Below are positions 1 through 8,542 of a stretch of 32,000 nucleotides of DNA, piece by piece. A model generated the notes under the pieces. That model worked only from the letters and a program-made list of their open reading frames with translations. It did not search any database and was not told where the DNA came from. A program made the position numbers and the translations under genes. Within the stretch, counting starts at the first letter, position 1. Each line of letters begins with the position of its first letter. The stretch comes from Candidatus Velamenicoccus archaeovorus (GTDB taxonomy: Bacteria; Omnitrophota; Gorgyraeia; Velamenicoccales; Velamenicoccaceae), in NCBI RefSeq assembly GCF_004102945.1, contig NZ_CP019384.1, forward strand, positions 900,001-932,000, in the 5' to 3' direction.

Positions 1-21
1 GGTGATGATGAGCGCGAACAT
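1..21 (-). CDS. Possible 5' end of a small hydrophobic protein gene (secG-like position downstream of tpiA); runs off the window
   Basis: The minus strand reads AAGGAG-N9-ATG TTC GCG CTC ATC ATC ACC (MFALIIT...) with the ATG at 21. A tpiA-secG neighbourhood is common in bacteria. Only 7 codons are visible. Confidence 0.25.
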
Positions 22-51
22 AAACTTGGACTCCTTGATTGGCCCTGCGGC

Positions 52-816
52 TTATTTGCTTACTTGTGCTCCTTTGACGATCTCGGCAAAGCTTTTGACG
101 TCGAGACTGGCCCCGCCGACGAGAGCGCCGTCGATATCTTTTTGGGAAATGAGCTCTTTGATGTTGCCTGGTTTGACGCTCCCGCCGTATTGGATGGTGA
201 TCTCATCGGCGATCTCGCGGGTATAGGCCTTTTCAAGGAGATCGCGGATGAAACGGTGGACTTCCTGGGCCTGGTCGGGCGTCGCCGTTTTTCCCGTGCC
301 GATCGCCCAGACAGGTTCATAGGCGATGATCACTTTTTTGATTTCTTCTTTGTCGAGCCCTTTGAGGCTGTTGGTGACATGGTCCCGGATGACATCGAAA
401 GTGCGGCCCGCCTCCCTCTCTTCCAGGCTTTCTCCGACGCAGACAATGGGCGTCAAGCCGTGTTTGAGCGCCGATTTAAGCTTTTTGTTGACGGTCTCAT
501 TGGTCTCATGGAAATATTGGCGTCTTTCGGAATGGCCGAGGATGACGTAACCGCATCCAAGCTCTTTGAGCATCGGGGCCGATACCTCTCCGGTGAAGGC
601 GCCGGCGTCTTCCCAGTGCATGTTTTGGGCGCCAAGGCCGATGTTCGTTTGATAAACGACCTCGGCGACTTCGTCGATCGCCGTGAAAGGCGGACAGACG
701 ATGATACCGATAGCGTCGATATCATACAGATCTCTTTTGAGACCGTTGGCCAGCTCGATGGCTTCGACCGTTGTCTTGTTCATTTTCCAGTTGCCGGCGA
801 TGATGATTTTCCTCAT
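52..816 (-). CDS. tpiA: Triosephosphate isomerase
   Basis: Translation from ATG 816 gives MRKIIIAGNWKMNKT, AYEPVWAIGTGKTATP and IQYGGSVKP, the hallmark TIM motifs. AAGGAG lies 8 nt upstream of ATG 816. The ORF-track start at 825 is a GTG inside that SD. Confidence 0.95.
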   Translation of the reverse strand: MRKIIIAGNWKMNKTTVEAIELANGLKRDLYDIDAIGIIVCPPFTAIDEVAEVVYQTNIGLGAQNMHWEDAGAFTGEVSAPMLKELGCGYVILGHSERRQYFHETNETVNKKLKSALKHGLTPIVCVGESLEEREAGRTFDVIRDHVTNSLKGLDKEEIKKVIIAYEPVWAIGTGKTATPDQAQEVHRFIRDLLEKAYTREIADEITIQYGGSVKPGNIKELISQKDIDGALVGGASLDVKSFAEIVKGAQVSK

Positions 817-828
817 TAAATGCACTCC

Positions 829-2019
829 TTACTGTTTATCCTTCAGTGCGGCGATACCCGGAAGGACTTTGCCTTCCATGAATTCCAGCGAGGCGCCGCC
901 GCCTGTCGAAATATGCGTCATCTTGCTCTCGAGGCCGAACTTGGCCACGGCGCTGGCTGTGTCGCCTCCGCCGATGATGGTCTTGGCTTTGAGCGTCGTG
1001 ATGAACGTCGCTACTTCTTTTGTTCCTTTGGCATACTTGTCGTTTTCAAAGATGCCCAGGGGGCCGTTCCAGCAGATGGTCTTGGCGCTTTTAAGGGTGT
1101 CGCAGAACAGGGCGATGCTCTTGGGGCCGATATCGACGGCAATCATGCCGTCGGGGATGGCCGCATCTTTTGTCGTTTCGATCTTCGTCGGCGTATCGAT
1201 ATTGTCGACAACGAGATGATCGACCGGCAATATCACCTTGACCCCAGCTTTTTTGGCCTTCTGGAGGGTTTCTTTGGCCAGGTCGATCTTGTCTTTCTCA
1301 AGTTTTGAATTTCCGATGGCAATCCCCTGGGCCTTGAGGAAGGTATATGCCATGCCGCCGCCGATCACCAGGACCTGCGCTTTTGTGAGGAGGTTCTCGA
1401 TGACACCGATCTTGTCCGAGACCTTGGCGCCGCCGAGGATCACGGCAAACGGCTTATCCGGCTGTTCAAGGGATTTGCCCAGGTATTCGATCTCTTTATC
1501 GAGCAGGAATCCTGCGACCGCCGGCAGGTCGTGGGCCACGCCCTCCGTAGAGGCGTGCGCCCTGTGGGCCGTGCCGAAGGCGTCGTTGACGTATGTGTCC
1601 GCAAGGCTTGCCAGCTGTTTAGCGAATGCAGGGTCGTTCTCTTCTTCTTCGGCATGGAATCTCAGGTTTTCCAGAAGGATGACTTTTTCAGGGGAGGCGT
1701 CGATGGCCTTGGCGATTTCAGGGCCTACGCAATCGTTGAGTTTTCTGACGGGCGTTTTGATCAGCTCCTGGAGCCTTTGGGCCACGGGATCGAGCCTGAG
1801 GGTTTCCTTGACCTGGCCGTCGGGTCGTCCCAGATGGGTCATCAAAATCAGCTTTTTGGGGTTGTTCTTGAGAATGTAATCGATCGTGGGGATGGCGGCC
1901 TTGATGCGCGTATCGTCTGTGATCGCCCCGGTTTTTTTATCCTGAGGCACGTTAAAATCCACGCGCATGATGATCTTTTTGCCTTTGAGATCGACGTCCT
2001 TGACGGTCATTTTATTCAT
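829..2019 (-). CDS. pgk: Phosphoglycerate kinase
   Basis: MRVDFNVPQD, THLGRPDGQ and IIGGGDTASAV are hallmark PGK motifs. A G-rich SD-like run lies upstream of ATG 2019. The stop is 12 nt before the tpiA start. Confidence 0.95.
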   Translation of the reverse strand: MNKMTVKDVDLKGKKIIMRVDFNVPQDKKTGAITDDTRIKAAIPTIDYILKNNPKKLILMTHLGRPDGQVKETLRLDPVAQRLQELIKTPVRKLNDCVGPEIAKAIDASPEKVILLENLRFHAEEEENDPAFAKQLASLADTYVNDAFGTAHRAHASTEGVAHDLPAVAGFLLDKEIEYLGKSLEQPDKPFAVILGGAKVSDKIGVIENLLTKAQVLVIGGGMAYTFLKAQGIAIGNSKLEKDKIDLAKETLQKAKKAGVKVILPVDHLVVDNIDTPTKIETTKDAAIPDGMIAVDIGPKSIALFCDTLKSAKTICWNGPLGIFENDKYAKGTKEVATFITTLKAKTIIGGGDTASAVAKFGLESKMTHISTGGGASLEFMEGKVLPGIAALKDKQ

Positions 2020-2095
2020 AGAAACCCCCGAAAAATTGTTTGATGGGTATTTGTTTCCGGTTTAGGTCCTGCGGTGTCCCGAGAACGATTGGCGT

Positions 2096-2123
2096 ATTAT
2101 AGCAGATTTTTTCTTCTTGTAAA
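2096..2123 (-). promoter_or_regulatory. Putative sigma70-type promoter of the pgk-tpiA operon
   Basis: The minus strand reads TTTACA-16 nt-TATAAT (plus-strand 2118-2123 and 2096-2101). It lies about 75 nt upstream of the pgk ATG, in the 121-bp gap after the TPR gene. Confidence 0.45.
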
Positions 2124-2140
2124 GGGCATCGTTGGAAAGG

Positions 2141-2623
2141 TCAGCGCAGGCAATAAGGAGGCTGGCGGTCCAGCCACCTGCGGATTTCACGCAGACAGAT
2201 ATTGCCTTCGGGAAAAGTTCCGGCCAGTTCTTTGTGCCTGAAAAGGATGTCGTGCGCCAGCTTCTGTTTTTTTTCGTCTTGGTGAAAGAGGCTGAAGGCC
2301 AGGTCCATCCAGAGGTCGATGTTCTTAGGGTTTTTTTGGATCGCCCTGAGAAAAAGTTTTTCGGCCTGCCCGTATTGTTCGCCGAGGTAGGCGATATAAC
2401 CGGCCAAGACGAGGGTAAATTCCGAGTCGTCGCATGCCAGCCAGTGCTTCGCTTTTTTCGAGAGGAGCCCCAGGAGGCGCGGATGGTCGAAGACCTTTTC
2501 GGCCAGCGCATCCAGCATATAGTTGCCTCTTGTCATGCCGCTGTCGGCCGTGTTCGTCTGGTATCCGGGGCTGACGCGCGCCGTCCTCAAGAAATCTTGT
2601 TTTATCCTGGCGAGTGTCTTCAT
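2141..2623 (-). CDS. Small TPR-repeat protein
   Basis: LAGYIAYLGEQYGQAEKLFLRAIQKNPKNIDLWMDLAFSLF fits the TPR consensus. ATG 2623 forms an ATGA overlap with the stop of the upstream gene. The ORF-track start at 2698 would overlap that gene by 79 nt. Confidence 0.45.
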   Translation of the reverse strand: MKTLARIKQDFLRTARVSPGYQTNTADSGMTRGNYMLDALAEKVFDHPRLLGLLSKKAKHWLACDDSEFTLVLAGYIAYLGEQYGQAEKLFLRAIQKNPKNIDLWMDLAFSLFHQDEKKQKLAHDILFRHKELAGTFPEGNICLREIRRWLDRQPPYCLR

Positions 2624-3642
2624 GGGGACGTTTTGGGTTTTATGGCCGCCTGTGCCACAGAGGCGCAGTAGCGGCAGCTCACACATCGTTGATTGCAATG
2701 CGTGGTGTGTTCGATAAAGTCTTTGGGAAAGGCCTTGTTATCGCAGATGAAAGGCAAGGGGCCCTTGTTGGACGGCGCCAGCGTGAAGAGGTCGCCCTTG
2801 AAAGACCGGGCAAGATACGCGGAGATCTTTGTTTTGAGGAGGCGGCTGTCGTCTTTGCGGTAGGCGATCTTGATGCCGTCCGCCCAGCCGTTTTCCTCGA
2901 AAAAGGCAAGGTCTTCCGGCCTCAGGTATGGCCGCCTGATCTCATCGGCCGGCTCCTGCGTTGCGAATTGGCATCCGTCTTTGAGCATGAAGCCGACGTA
3001 ACATCCCGCCCCTTCCTGCAGCATCGTCCTGGCCGCCTCCATGAGGACGGGCCATTCAGCATGCCTGCCGCCGTAGAAACAGTGAAGATAGCAACCGTGA
3101 TTCGCCAAAAGTTTAATGGTGACGGCAGGCAGATGTTTGCGGCCGGCGCGGATGGCATCCAGGGCGCGTGCGTCACGGTTGCAGGAGACATCCAGTGTGA
3201 ATTCCGTCATTCCCATCTTGACCGCCTCTTTGATTTTATGTTCACTGTCGATGTTCATGTAAACCGAACTCTGGAGGGCGATCTTCGGAAACATCTTGCG
3301 CAAGAACGGGACGATGCACGGATCGGCCAGGGTGATCGACGTGATCCCTCCGGAGTCTTCGAGGGCCTTGACGTAGCGGCCGATGCGTTTGAGGTCGTCA
3401 AAGAAATTGATCCGTTTGTTGAGGAGGAGGTTCCTTTTGATCTTGTGACGGTGGCAGAGGGCGATCAGTTGCCGGATCTCGCCGCTGGAGGCTTTGCGGG
3501 TGTTGAGGTATTGGTTGGAATGGTCGTCTCCCTCGGGTCCGGCAAAATAGATTTCGTAGATCCCCCCTGTCGCGATCGCCCATTTCATGAGCGCCAGGTC
3601 GTTGTTGTAAGGGATGGACAGTTTCAGCTTGGGGTTTTTCAT
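2620..3642 (-). CDS. U32-family (PrtC/UbiU/UbiV-like) TIM-barrel protein with C-terminal CX3CX2CX2C motif
   Basis: MKNPKLKLSIPYNNDLALMKW...IYEIYFAG, ITLADPCIVPF and KLLANHGCYLHCFYGGRH match the strand/helix pattern I associate with peptidase U32 proteins. The C-terminus HCNQRCVSCRYC is Cys-rich. It is a paralogue of 10779-11819. There is an ATGA overlap with the upstream gene. Confidence 0.55.
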   Translation of the reverse strand: MKNPKLKLSIPYNNDLALMKWAIATGGIYEIYFAGPEGDDHSNQYLNTRKASSGEIRQLIALCHRHKIKRNLLLNKRINFFDDLKRIGRYVKALEDSGGITSITLADPCIVPFLRKMFPKIALQSSVYMNIDSEHKIKEAVKMGMTEFTLDVSCNRDARALDAIRAGRKHLPAVTIKLLANHGCYLHCFYGGRHAEWPVLMEAARTMLQEGAGCYVGFMLKDGCQFATQEPADEIRRPYLRPEDLAFFEENGWADGIKIAYRKDDSRLLKTKISAYLARSFKGDLFTLAPSNKGPLPFICDNKAFPKDFIEHTTHCNQRCVSCRYCASVAQAAIKPKTSP

Positions 3643-5747
3643 CGGTCTTGTGTTTTCTTCGGATCATTTCCGATCGGTTTGAATTCCTCGAACCCGTGGT
3701 GCTGCGCATATGTCCGGTAGACGCCTTCGCATCTTTGGTGGTAAGCACAGCGTTGGCAGCGCGGGCCTTTGGTTTTGTCTTTCAGGCGTTCATGTGTCGG
3801 GCTGATCCTGAAGTCATGGCCTTTCTCGGCCGGATGCAGGCAGAGTTGTCTGTGTCCAGACAGGCGCGGGCCTTCCAGCAGGTTGTTGCGCCACGGCCGT
3901 GGCACATGACAATAAGGAAAGCCTTCGAGCACGACTTCCAGATTTTTTTCTTTTCGCGCCCATTGCAGCGCCCTCTTTAGATATGGCGAGACTTGCGTGT
4001 ATGTCGGCACGACCTTGTCGAAGTAGGTCCTGGCAAAGCCGTGGGGGGTCAGAAAGACGAACCAGATGCCTTTGACCCCCAGGCGCTTGAGGAATTTTGC
4101 CGTCTCTTGCAGGTGGCGGTAATTGGCCCTTGTGATCATGATCTTGACGTAAAGGCCGCGAGAGACGGCAAGCGCGTTGCGGATGCCGGCGACGGTTTCC
4201 CAGAAGCTGCCCGGGACATTCGTGGTGACATCGTGCGCCTTGGCTTTGTAATCCTGCAGATGAGTATAGATCACGGGGTGATAAGCGGCAAGCCGCTTGA
4301 CAAATTCTTTTTTAGCCATGAGGCGTCCGTTGGTCTGTATTTGGATCTTGTAGCCCAGCCGGAAGGCGGATTCCATAAGGGAAAAGAAGTCCTCCCTGGC
4401 CGTCGGTTCTCCTCCTGAAAGGACCAGTTGGTCGTAACTGCGGCGATAGGCGGCCAGCGCCTTTGTGAGGATCCCCAGGGATGTGAAGGTCCCGGGTTTG
4501 TTGTCGCCCGTGACACAGAAAATACAACGGTTATTGCAGCGGTAGCCGACCCTGAAGAACAGGGTCCGGGGTTCTTTGTCTAGAATATGGCGATAGATGG
4601 CTTCTACATCCGCGGCGTAAGAATGGATATCCTGGACATGGGCGTGAAAAGGAGGCTTTAAGCGCGCGCGGCCCCTCCGGATCTTCCCGATGATGCGGTT
4701 GAGTTGTGCCAAAGAACTATAGACGAAGGCGTTTCTGCCGGGGATGGTTTTTTCAAGGAGGCTCGGCTGCCTGGGAATAATGACGGGTATCTTTTGGTAG
4801 AGCGATTCCAAAAGCGACATGGGCCCTGTTTCGTCCCAAACCGACGGCACCAGGAGGTAGTCTATTTTTGAATAAAACTTTTCGGGGAGCTCGGCATAAG
4901 GAATATTCTCGATGATTTCGATGTCCGGCCGATTCCCGATATTCTCCAGCTGCCGCAGGTTTTTTTGTGGTGCGCCTTTTGTCCAGAGGCCGAGAAGCAT
5001 GCGGATACCGCCGTTTCGTTTTATCAAATATTCGATCGTGTCCGACCCTTTGAGGGGCGTCCATATCCCCAAAAAGCCGAAGACAGGCTCTTTGTCTTGG
5101 CGTCTTGCGCGCGGCCGCCGCCGCATGTGTACGCCATAAGGCAAGCAAACGATCTTGTCCGGGTCGGCGACGAGTGGGGCCAGTATTTCTTTTTGTGTTT
5201 GCGATGGGCATATGATCGCATCGCACATGTCTATGATTTGGCGGATGTGGCCGCGCCGCGCGGCGTTAAACTCGGAAAGGGGCATATGATTGTATGCCGC
5301 CAATCTTTGTGCATCAGGACATGAACAGGCCTCCGGGTTTGTCTTGCGGCATATCTTGCGGCCGTCATGGAACCTGCCGCCGGCGCAAAACAAAGAGTGG
5401 TCGTGGAGGGTCACGACGATGCGTGCGCCCAGGCTGGCCGCTGTAGTCAAGATGGGCCGCAATTTCGTTCCTGAAAAAAGATGAACATGGACGATGTCGG
5501 GCGGATCCGCCTTCAAGGCGTTGTCCAGGGCCAGGCGCAGGCGTTCGTCGTAGACGATATTGTTGTCCGGCGAACATCGGATATGGATATGCCTCAGGTC
5601 TGTGCGTGAATGCAGAGTCGTTTGGCCGTCGGAATCCACAGAGGTTTCCAGGGAGATATAGGTGATTTGGTGTCTGATTTTCTGGCGGCGGACGAGTTCC
5701 CAGAAACACGGGTGGTAGAGGCTTGAACTGATATGGGCGATGTGCAT
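3639..5747 (-). CDS. Fusion protein: N-terminal GT4-type glycosyltransferase and C-terminal radical SAM domain
   Basis: Residues 1-390 are GT-B/GT4-like, with an E-x7-E motif (WDETGPMSLLES). Residues about 395-702 are rSAM: FFRVGYRCNNRCIFC (CX3CX2C), LSGGEPT and IQTNG. The C-terminus carries FPYC...CQRCAYHQRCEG. The single 702-codon ORF has no internal stop. Confidence 0.8.
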   Translation of the reverse strand: MHIAHISSSLYHPCFWELVRRQKIRHQITYISLETSVDSDGQTTLHSRTDLRHIHIRCSPDNNIVYDERLRLALDNALKADPPDIVHVHLFSGTKLRPILTTAASLGARIVVTLHDHSLFCAGGRFHDGRKICRKTNPEACSCPDAQRLAAYNHMPLSEFNAARRGHIRQIIDMCDAIICPSQTQKEILAPLVADPDKIVCLPYGVHMRRRPRARRQDKEPVFGFLGIWTPLKGSDTIEYLIKRNGGIRMLLGLWTKGAPQKNLRQLENIGNRPDIEIIENIPYAELPEKFYSKIDYLLVPSVWDETGPMSLLESLYQKIPVIIPRQPSLLEKTIPGRNAFVYSSLAQLNRIIGKIRRGRARLKPPFHAHVQDIHSYAADVEAIYRHILDKEPRTLFFRVGYRCNNRCIFCVTGDNKPGTFTSLGILTKALAAYRRSYDQLVLSGGEPTAREDFFSLMESAFRLGYKIQIQTNGRLMAKKEFVKRLAAYHPVIYTHLQDYKAKAHDVTTNVPGSFWETVAGIRNALAVSRGLYVKIMITRANYRHLQETAKFLKRLGVKGIWFVFLTPHGFARTYFDKVVPTYTQVSPYLKRALQWARKEKNLEVVLEGFPYCHVPRPWRNNLLEGPRLSGHRQLCLHPAEKGHDFRISPTHERLKDKTKGPRCQRCAYHQRCEGVYRTYAQHHGFEEFKPIGNDPKKTQDR

Positions 5748-5749
5748 GG

Positions 5750-6721
5750 CTATTGGAATGTGACCAGGAACGGATGCTCCGGCGCGAAAACGTTGAGCGG
5801 GACCGAAATGTTTTTCAGGATTTTCCCCCGGCGCAGGAGCGTCAGCTGCCTGCCGTGGAGTTTGAGGGCGTCGGCCCGCTCCAAGTCCCGGCCGTATTCA
5901 TTGCGCGTCGCGTCATGAGAGACGAACGCCGCATGTTTATAAGACACGATATTGTCCTTCATGGCGGCCCCGGCGAGTGCGTAGAATTTCCGTTCATAGA
6001 ACACCAAAAACGTCTGTTTGAGGTAGGCGTCCATCTTGCGGACATATTCCGGCTCTTTTTTGAAAATTTCACGCCGCAGCCTTCCTGCCAGCTTGATGGT
6101 TGCCGGGCAATCGTAGCGGCATGGCATGTGATAGATGTAGGAAAAGATCGTGTCTTTGAGCAAAGGGTTGCAGAGAAAAGACGGCCGGGTCCTGGTGTGG
6201 CGCCAGGCTTCATAAAGATGGCTGTAACGGATCCAGTCGTTGTATTGCCTGAAAAATCTGATGCAACAATCGGGATATCCCAGGACGTAGCCGTATTTGA
6301 GATGGTCGGCGCGCGGGGCGAAGATGACGCGGTTGTTGATGATGACGGGATACCACATGGCCCGTTTCAGCGTCTTTTTGTCTTTTGCCAGAAAGACGTG
6401 GACCTCTTCGTCCGTATCTGTCTCCAGCGGCAGGCCGTAGGCCGATGTCGTCGTGAGCCGGTCTTTGCCGATCACGGAATCCGGGACGTCATTCTTGTGC
6501 ACATTGCGGAAGATGACGCTCTCCCGGACATGGATACCGTATCGGCGGCAGGCCTTTTTGAATGCCTCGATCCTGTTTTTTCTAATCCAGTCATCCAGGA
6601 GGGGTTTGAAGCCCAGGATCAAGGACATGTAAAGGCCTAACTGGAGGCCGTTGCCCTTGATCTCCATGAGGTCGGCGCAGAAAGATCTCGGCTTGTATTG
6701 TTCCAGAAGGGGATTATTCAT
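5750..6721 (-). CDS. Hypothetical protein with paired Cys motifs (GYPDCC ... HMPCRYDCP)
   Basis: A 323-codon ORF whose stop lies 2 nt before the next gene's ATG. The conserved-looking motifs are LGYPDCCIRFF and YHMPCRYDCPATI. I cannot place the family. Confidence 0.6.
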   Translation of the reverse strand: MNNPLLEQYKPRSFCADLMEIKGNGLQLGLYMSLILGFKPLLDDWIRKNRIEAFKKACRRYGIHVRESVIFRNVHKNDVPDSVIGKDRLTTTSAYGLPLETDTDEEVHVFLAKDKKTLKRAMWYPVIINNRVIFAPRADHLKYGYVLGYPDCCIRFFRQYNDWIRYSHLYEAWRHTRTRPSFLCNPLLKDTIFSYIYHMPCRYDCPATIKLAGRLRREIFKKEPEYVRKMDAYLKQTFLVFYERKFYALAGAAMKDNIVSYKHAAFVSHDATRNEYGRDLERADALKLHGRQLTLLRRGKILKNISVPLNVFAPEHPFLVTFQ

Positions 6722-6828
6722 GATAAGGTCTCTTCTATCTTATGGGAACGACGTCTCTTTTTCAAGCGCCGGCGCGTTTTTCGCCGCTTTCCATCTGTTT
6801 ATCGCATTCAAGCCGTCAGGATGATATA

Positions 6829-7572
6829 ATGATGCCTATGTCCAAGATCGATGCAGATCTTTATAGGGCCCGCTTGACGGGAATTTTTCGCAAGATCGCG
6901 GCGGACGCGCAGAGGCGCACGGCTTCGGGCGCCCGGCTTTGCGTCCTGGCGACAGGCGGGCTGGATTCATCTCTTTTGGCCAGCCTGTTGAAGCCTTTGC
7001 GTCCTCATCTCTATTTCGCTCTTGTTCGTGATAAGAGTCTCCGTTCTTACAATACGTGGTCTGTGCGCCGGTGCCGCGCGCTGGCCCGCCGTCTGGGCCT
7101 GCAGTTTTCCGCCATTACGGTCACGAAGCGCGATTACGCAAAGGCCTACGTTTCCCTCCGGCCGACACTTCCCTTTGTTGCTCGTGAGAGGGATATCGCG
7201 GCCGTGGCTGTCTTTTTCCGCCTGATCGCGCAGCGCCAGAAGCATCCCTGCCTTTTATTGAGCGGGATGGGCGTGAACGAACTCTGCAGCCTGTCCGCCA
7301 GGCGCGCGCGCGCCTATTATCGTAAGAAGGGCTTGGCCGAAATCAGGACTCATCAAAAACTTGCGCGGGCCTGCGGTTCGTCTTTCTGGGCCCCCTGGCT
7401 TTCGCATGGTTCGGTCCGTTTTTTCACGTTCCTCCCGGCCGGGCTAAAAACGGACAAGGCGTTTTTTAAAAAAGTCATTGCCGACGCATCTCTTTTGCCG
7501 CCGGATTTTATTCGCCAATCCTCCCGTCATTCGTCTGTCCCTTCTTCGTTTCTGAAGGGTCTTGACGGTTGA
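6829..7572 (+). CDS. Asparagine-synthetase-like PP-loop adenylating enzyme (no glutaminase domain)
   Basis: LCVLATGGLDSSLLASLL matches the SGGxDSS PP-loop. LLLSGMGVNELCS resembles the AsnB xLSGEGADElf motif. AGGA lies 7 nt upstream of ATG 6829; an alternative in-frame ATG is at 6742. The protein is only about 247 aa, so it has no Ntn glutaminase domain. Confidence 0.6.
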   Translation: MMPMSKIDADLYRARLTGIFRKIAADAQRRTASGARLCVLATGGLDSSLLASLLKPLRPHLYFALVRDKSLRSYNTWSVRRCRALARRLGLQFSAITVTKRDYAKAYVSLRPTLPFVARERDIAAVAVFFRLIAQRQKHPCLLLSGMGVNELCSLSARRARAYYRKKGLAEIRTHQKLARACGSSFWAPWLSHGSVRFFTFLPAGLKTDKAFFKKVIADASLLPPDFIRQSSRHSSVPSSFLKGLDG

Positions 7573-8542
7573 CCCTCGTCATAAAATCAAAAAGCTCTTC
7601 AAAAGTCTTCCAGTCGATGCCGGTCTTGCCGGTCAGGTCGTTGACGATCTTGAAGCTCGAGACGATATAGTCTCTGTAGGTCTGTTTTTTCTCTTTCCGG
7701 CCGAAGCGTTGGTAGAGTTGCTTCAGCATTGCCAGGGTTTTCGTATTGAGACGCGGCTGCGGCGAGAACTGGATGAGCGAAAATTCCTGTTTGAGTTTTT
7801 CCGGAAGACATAGGAATGCATCTCCCGGCAAGAGATATCCGTGCGGATGCAGGCTGAGGTCCCAGGCGCCTTGCGGAGAGAAACGCCTGGCATCGCCGGC
7901 ATAGATTTTGGCATGGTATTTTTTTGCGATCCAGGCATAATCCTGTTTGAATGTTCGGCGTCCGGCCTGGTCCCAGGCAGCAAAAGCCGCTGGAGTCACG
8001 TCGATCTTGCCGAACGGCAGTTGAGCCAGAAAGAGAAAATTATGGCGGAACCGCGGCATTTCTTGCGGATGGACCGTCATGTTGCAGTTGACCGCCAGGC
8101 CCGCCAGCCGGCACAGCAGGAGCATCTCGACCAGATGGGCGAAGGACGCGTTTGTGGTACCCCTTCTCCATGCCGACGTGGTTGCCGGAAGGCCGTCGAG
8201 TCCGATCTCCAGATTGACCTTATTTGTCTTGAGAAAGGCGATCTTGGGCGCGTCCAATAGCAGGCCGTTTGTCTGGAGGCCGATCTCGGCTTTGGGCACA
8301 GCCGTTTTCAGGAAGGAAATGACCTTTTTCGTTAACGGCCACACCAGGAGAGGTTCGCCTCCACTTAAGATGAAGCGCCGGGGTTTCATCCCTTCTTTTT
8401 CAAGGAAAAAGATAAACCCCCTGATCGTTTCCAGTGACAAAGACCTGTTTCTCTTGTCCCGGAAATAGCAATACCTGCATGCGAGATTGCACTTTTCAGT
8501 GACGTAGAGAAAGATATGGGAGGATTCAATGGCGGGTGGCAT
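7508..8542 (-). CDS. Radical SAM protein (paralogue of 20657-21676)
   Basis: FLYVTEKCNLACRYCYF (CX3CX2C), ILSGGEPLL and GLQTNG. It shares MTVHPQE...IDV.PA with the 20657 protein. There is no SPASM-type Cys pattern. The start was chosen at Met19 (MPPAIE) by analogy with the paralogue; an alternative ATG is at 8596. Confidence 0.8.
   Translation of the reverse strand: MPPAIESSHIFLYVTEKCNLACRYCYFRDKRNRSLSLETIRGFIFFLEKEGMKPRRFILSGGEPLLVWPLTKKVISFLKTAVPKAEIGLQTNGLLLDAPKIAFLKTNKVNLEIGLDGLPATTSAWRRGTTNASFAHLVEMLLLCRLAGLAVNCNMTVHPQEMPRFRHNFLFLAQLPFGKIDVTPAAFAAWDQAGRRTFKQDYAWIAKKYHAKIYAGDARRFSPQGAWDLSLHPHGYLLPGDAFLCLPEKLKQEFSLIQFSPQPRLNTKTLAMLKQLYQRFGRKEKKQTYRDYIVSSFKIVNDLTGKTGIDWKTFEELFDFMTRVNRQDPSETKKGQTNDGRIGE

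Noticed and set aside
64-819. Very long ORFs antisense to real genes: 64-819 opposite tpiA, 2614-3720 and 10686-11834 opposite the U32-like genes, 5753-6640, 12761-13444, and 19387-20643 opposite a GT. Some exceed 350 codons.
   Set aside because: Each is in the codon-aligned mirror frame of a well-supported gene. Stops in that frame arise only from sense codons TTA, CTA and TCA, which these genes almost never use. The translations are low-complexity (D/E/F/G/R/V-rich) with no motifs. This is a codon-usage artefact, not overlapping genes.
6766-6775. Perfect 10-bp palindrome GCGCCGGCGC followed by GTTTTT in the 5750/6829 divergent region.
   Set aside because: There is no loop, so it could form only a 3-4 bp hairpin. 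It lies upstream of a gene start rather than downstream of a stop. It could be an operator, but a single short GC palindrome is not convincing.
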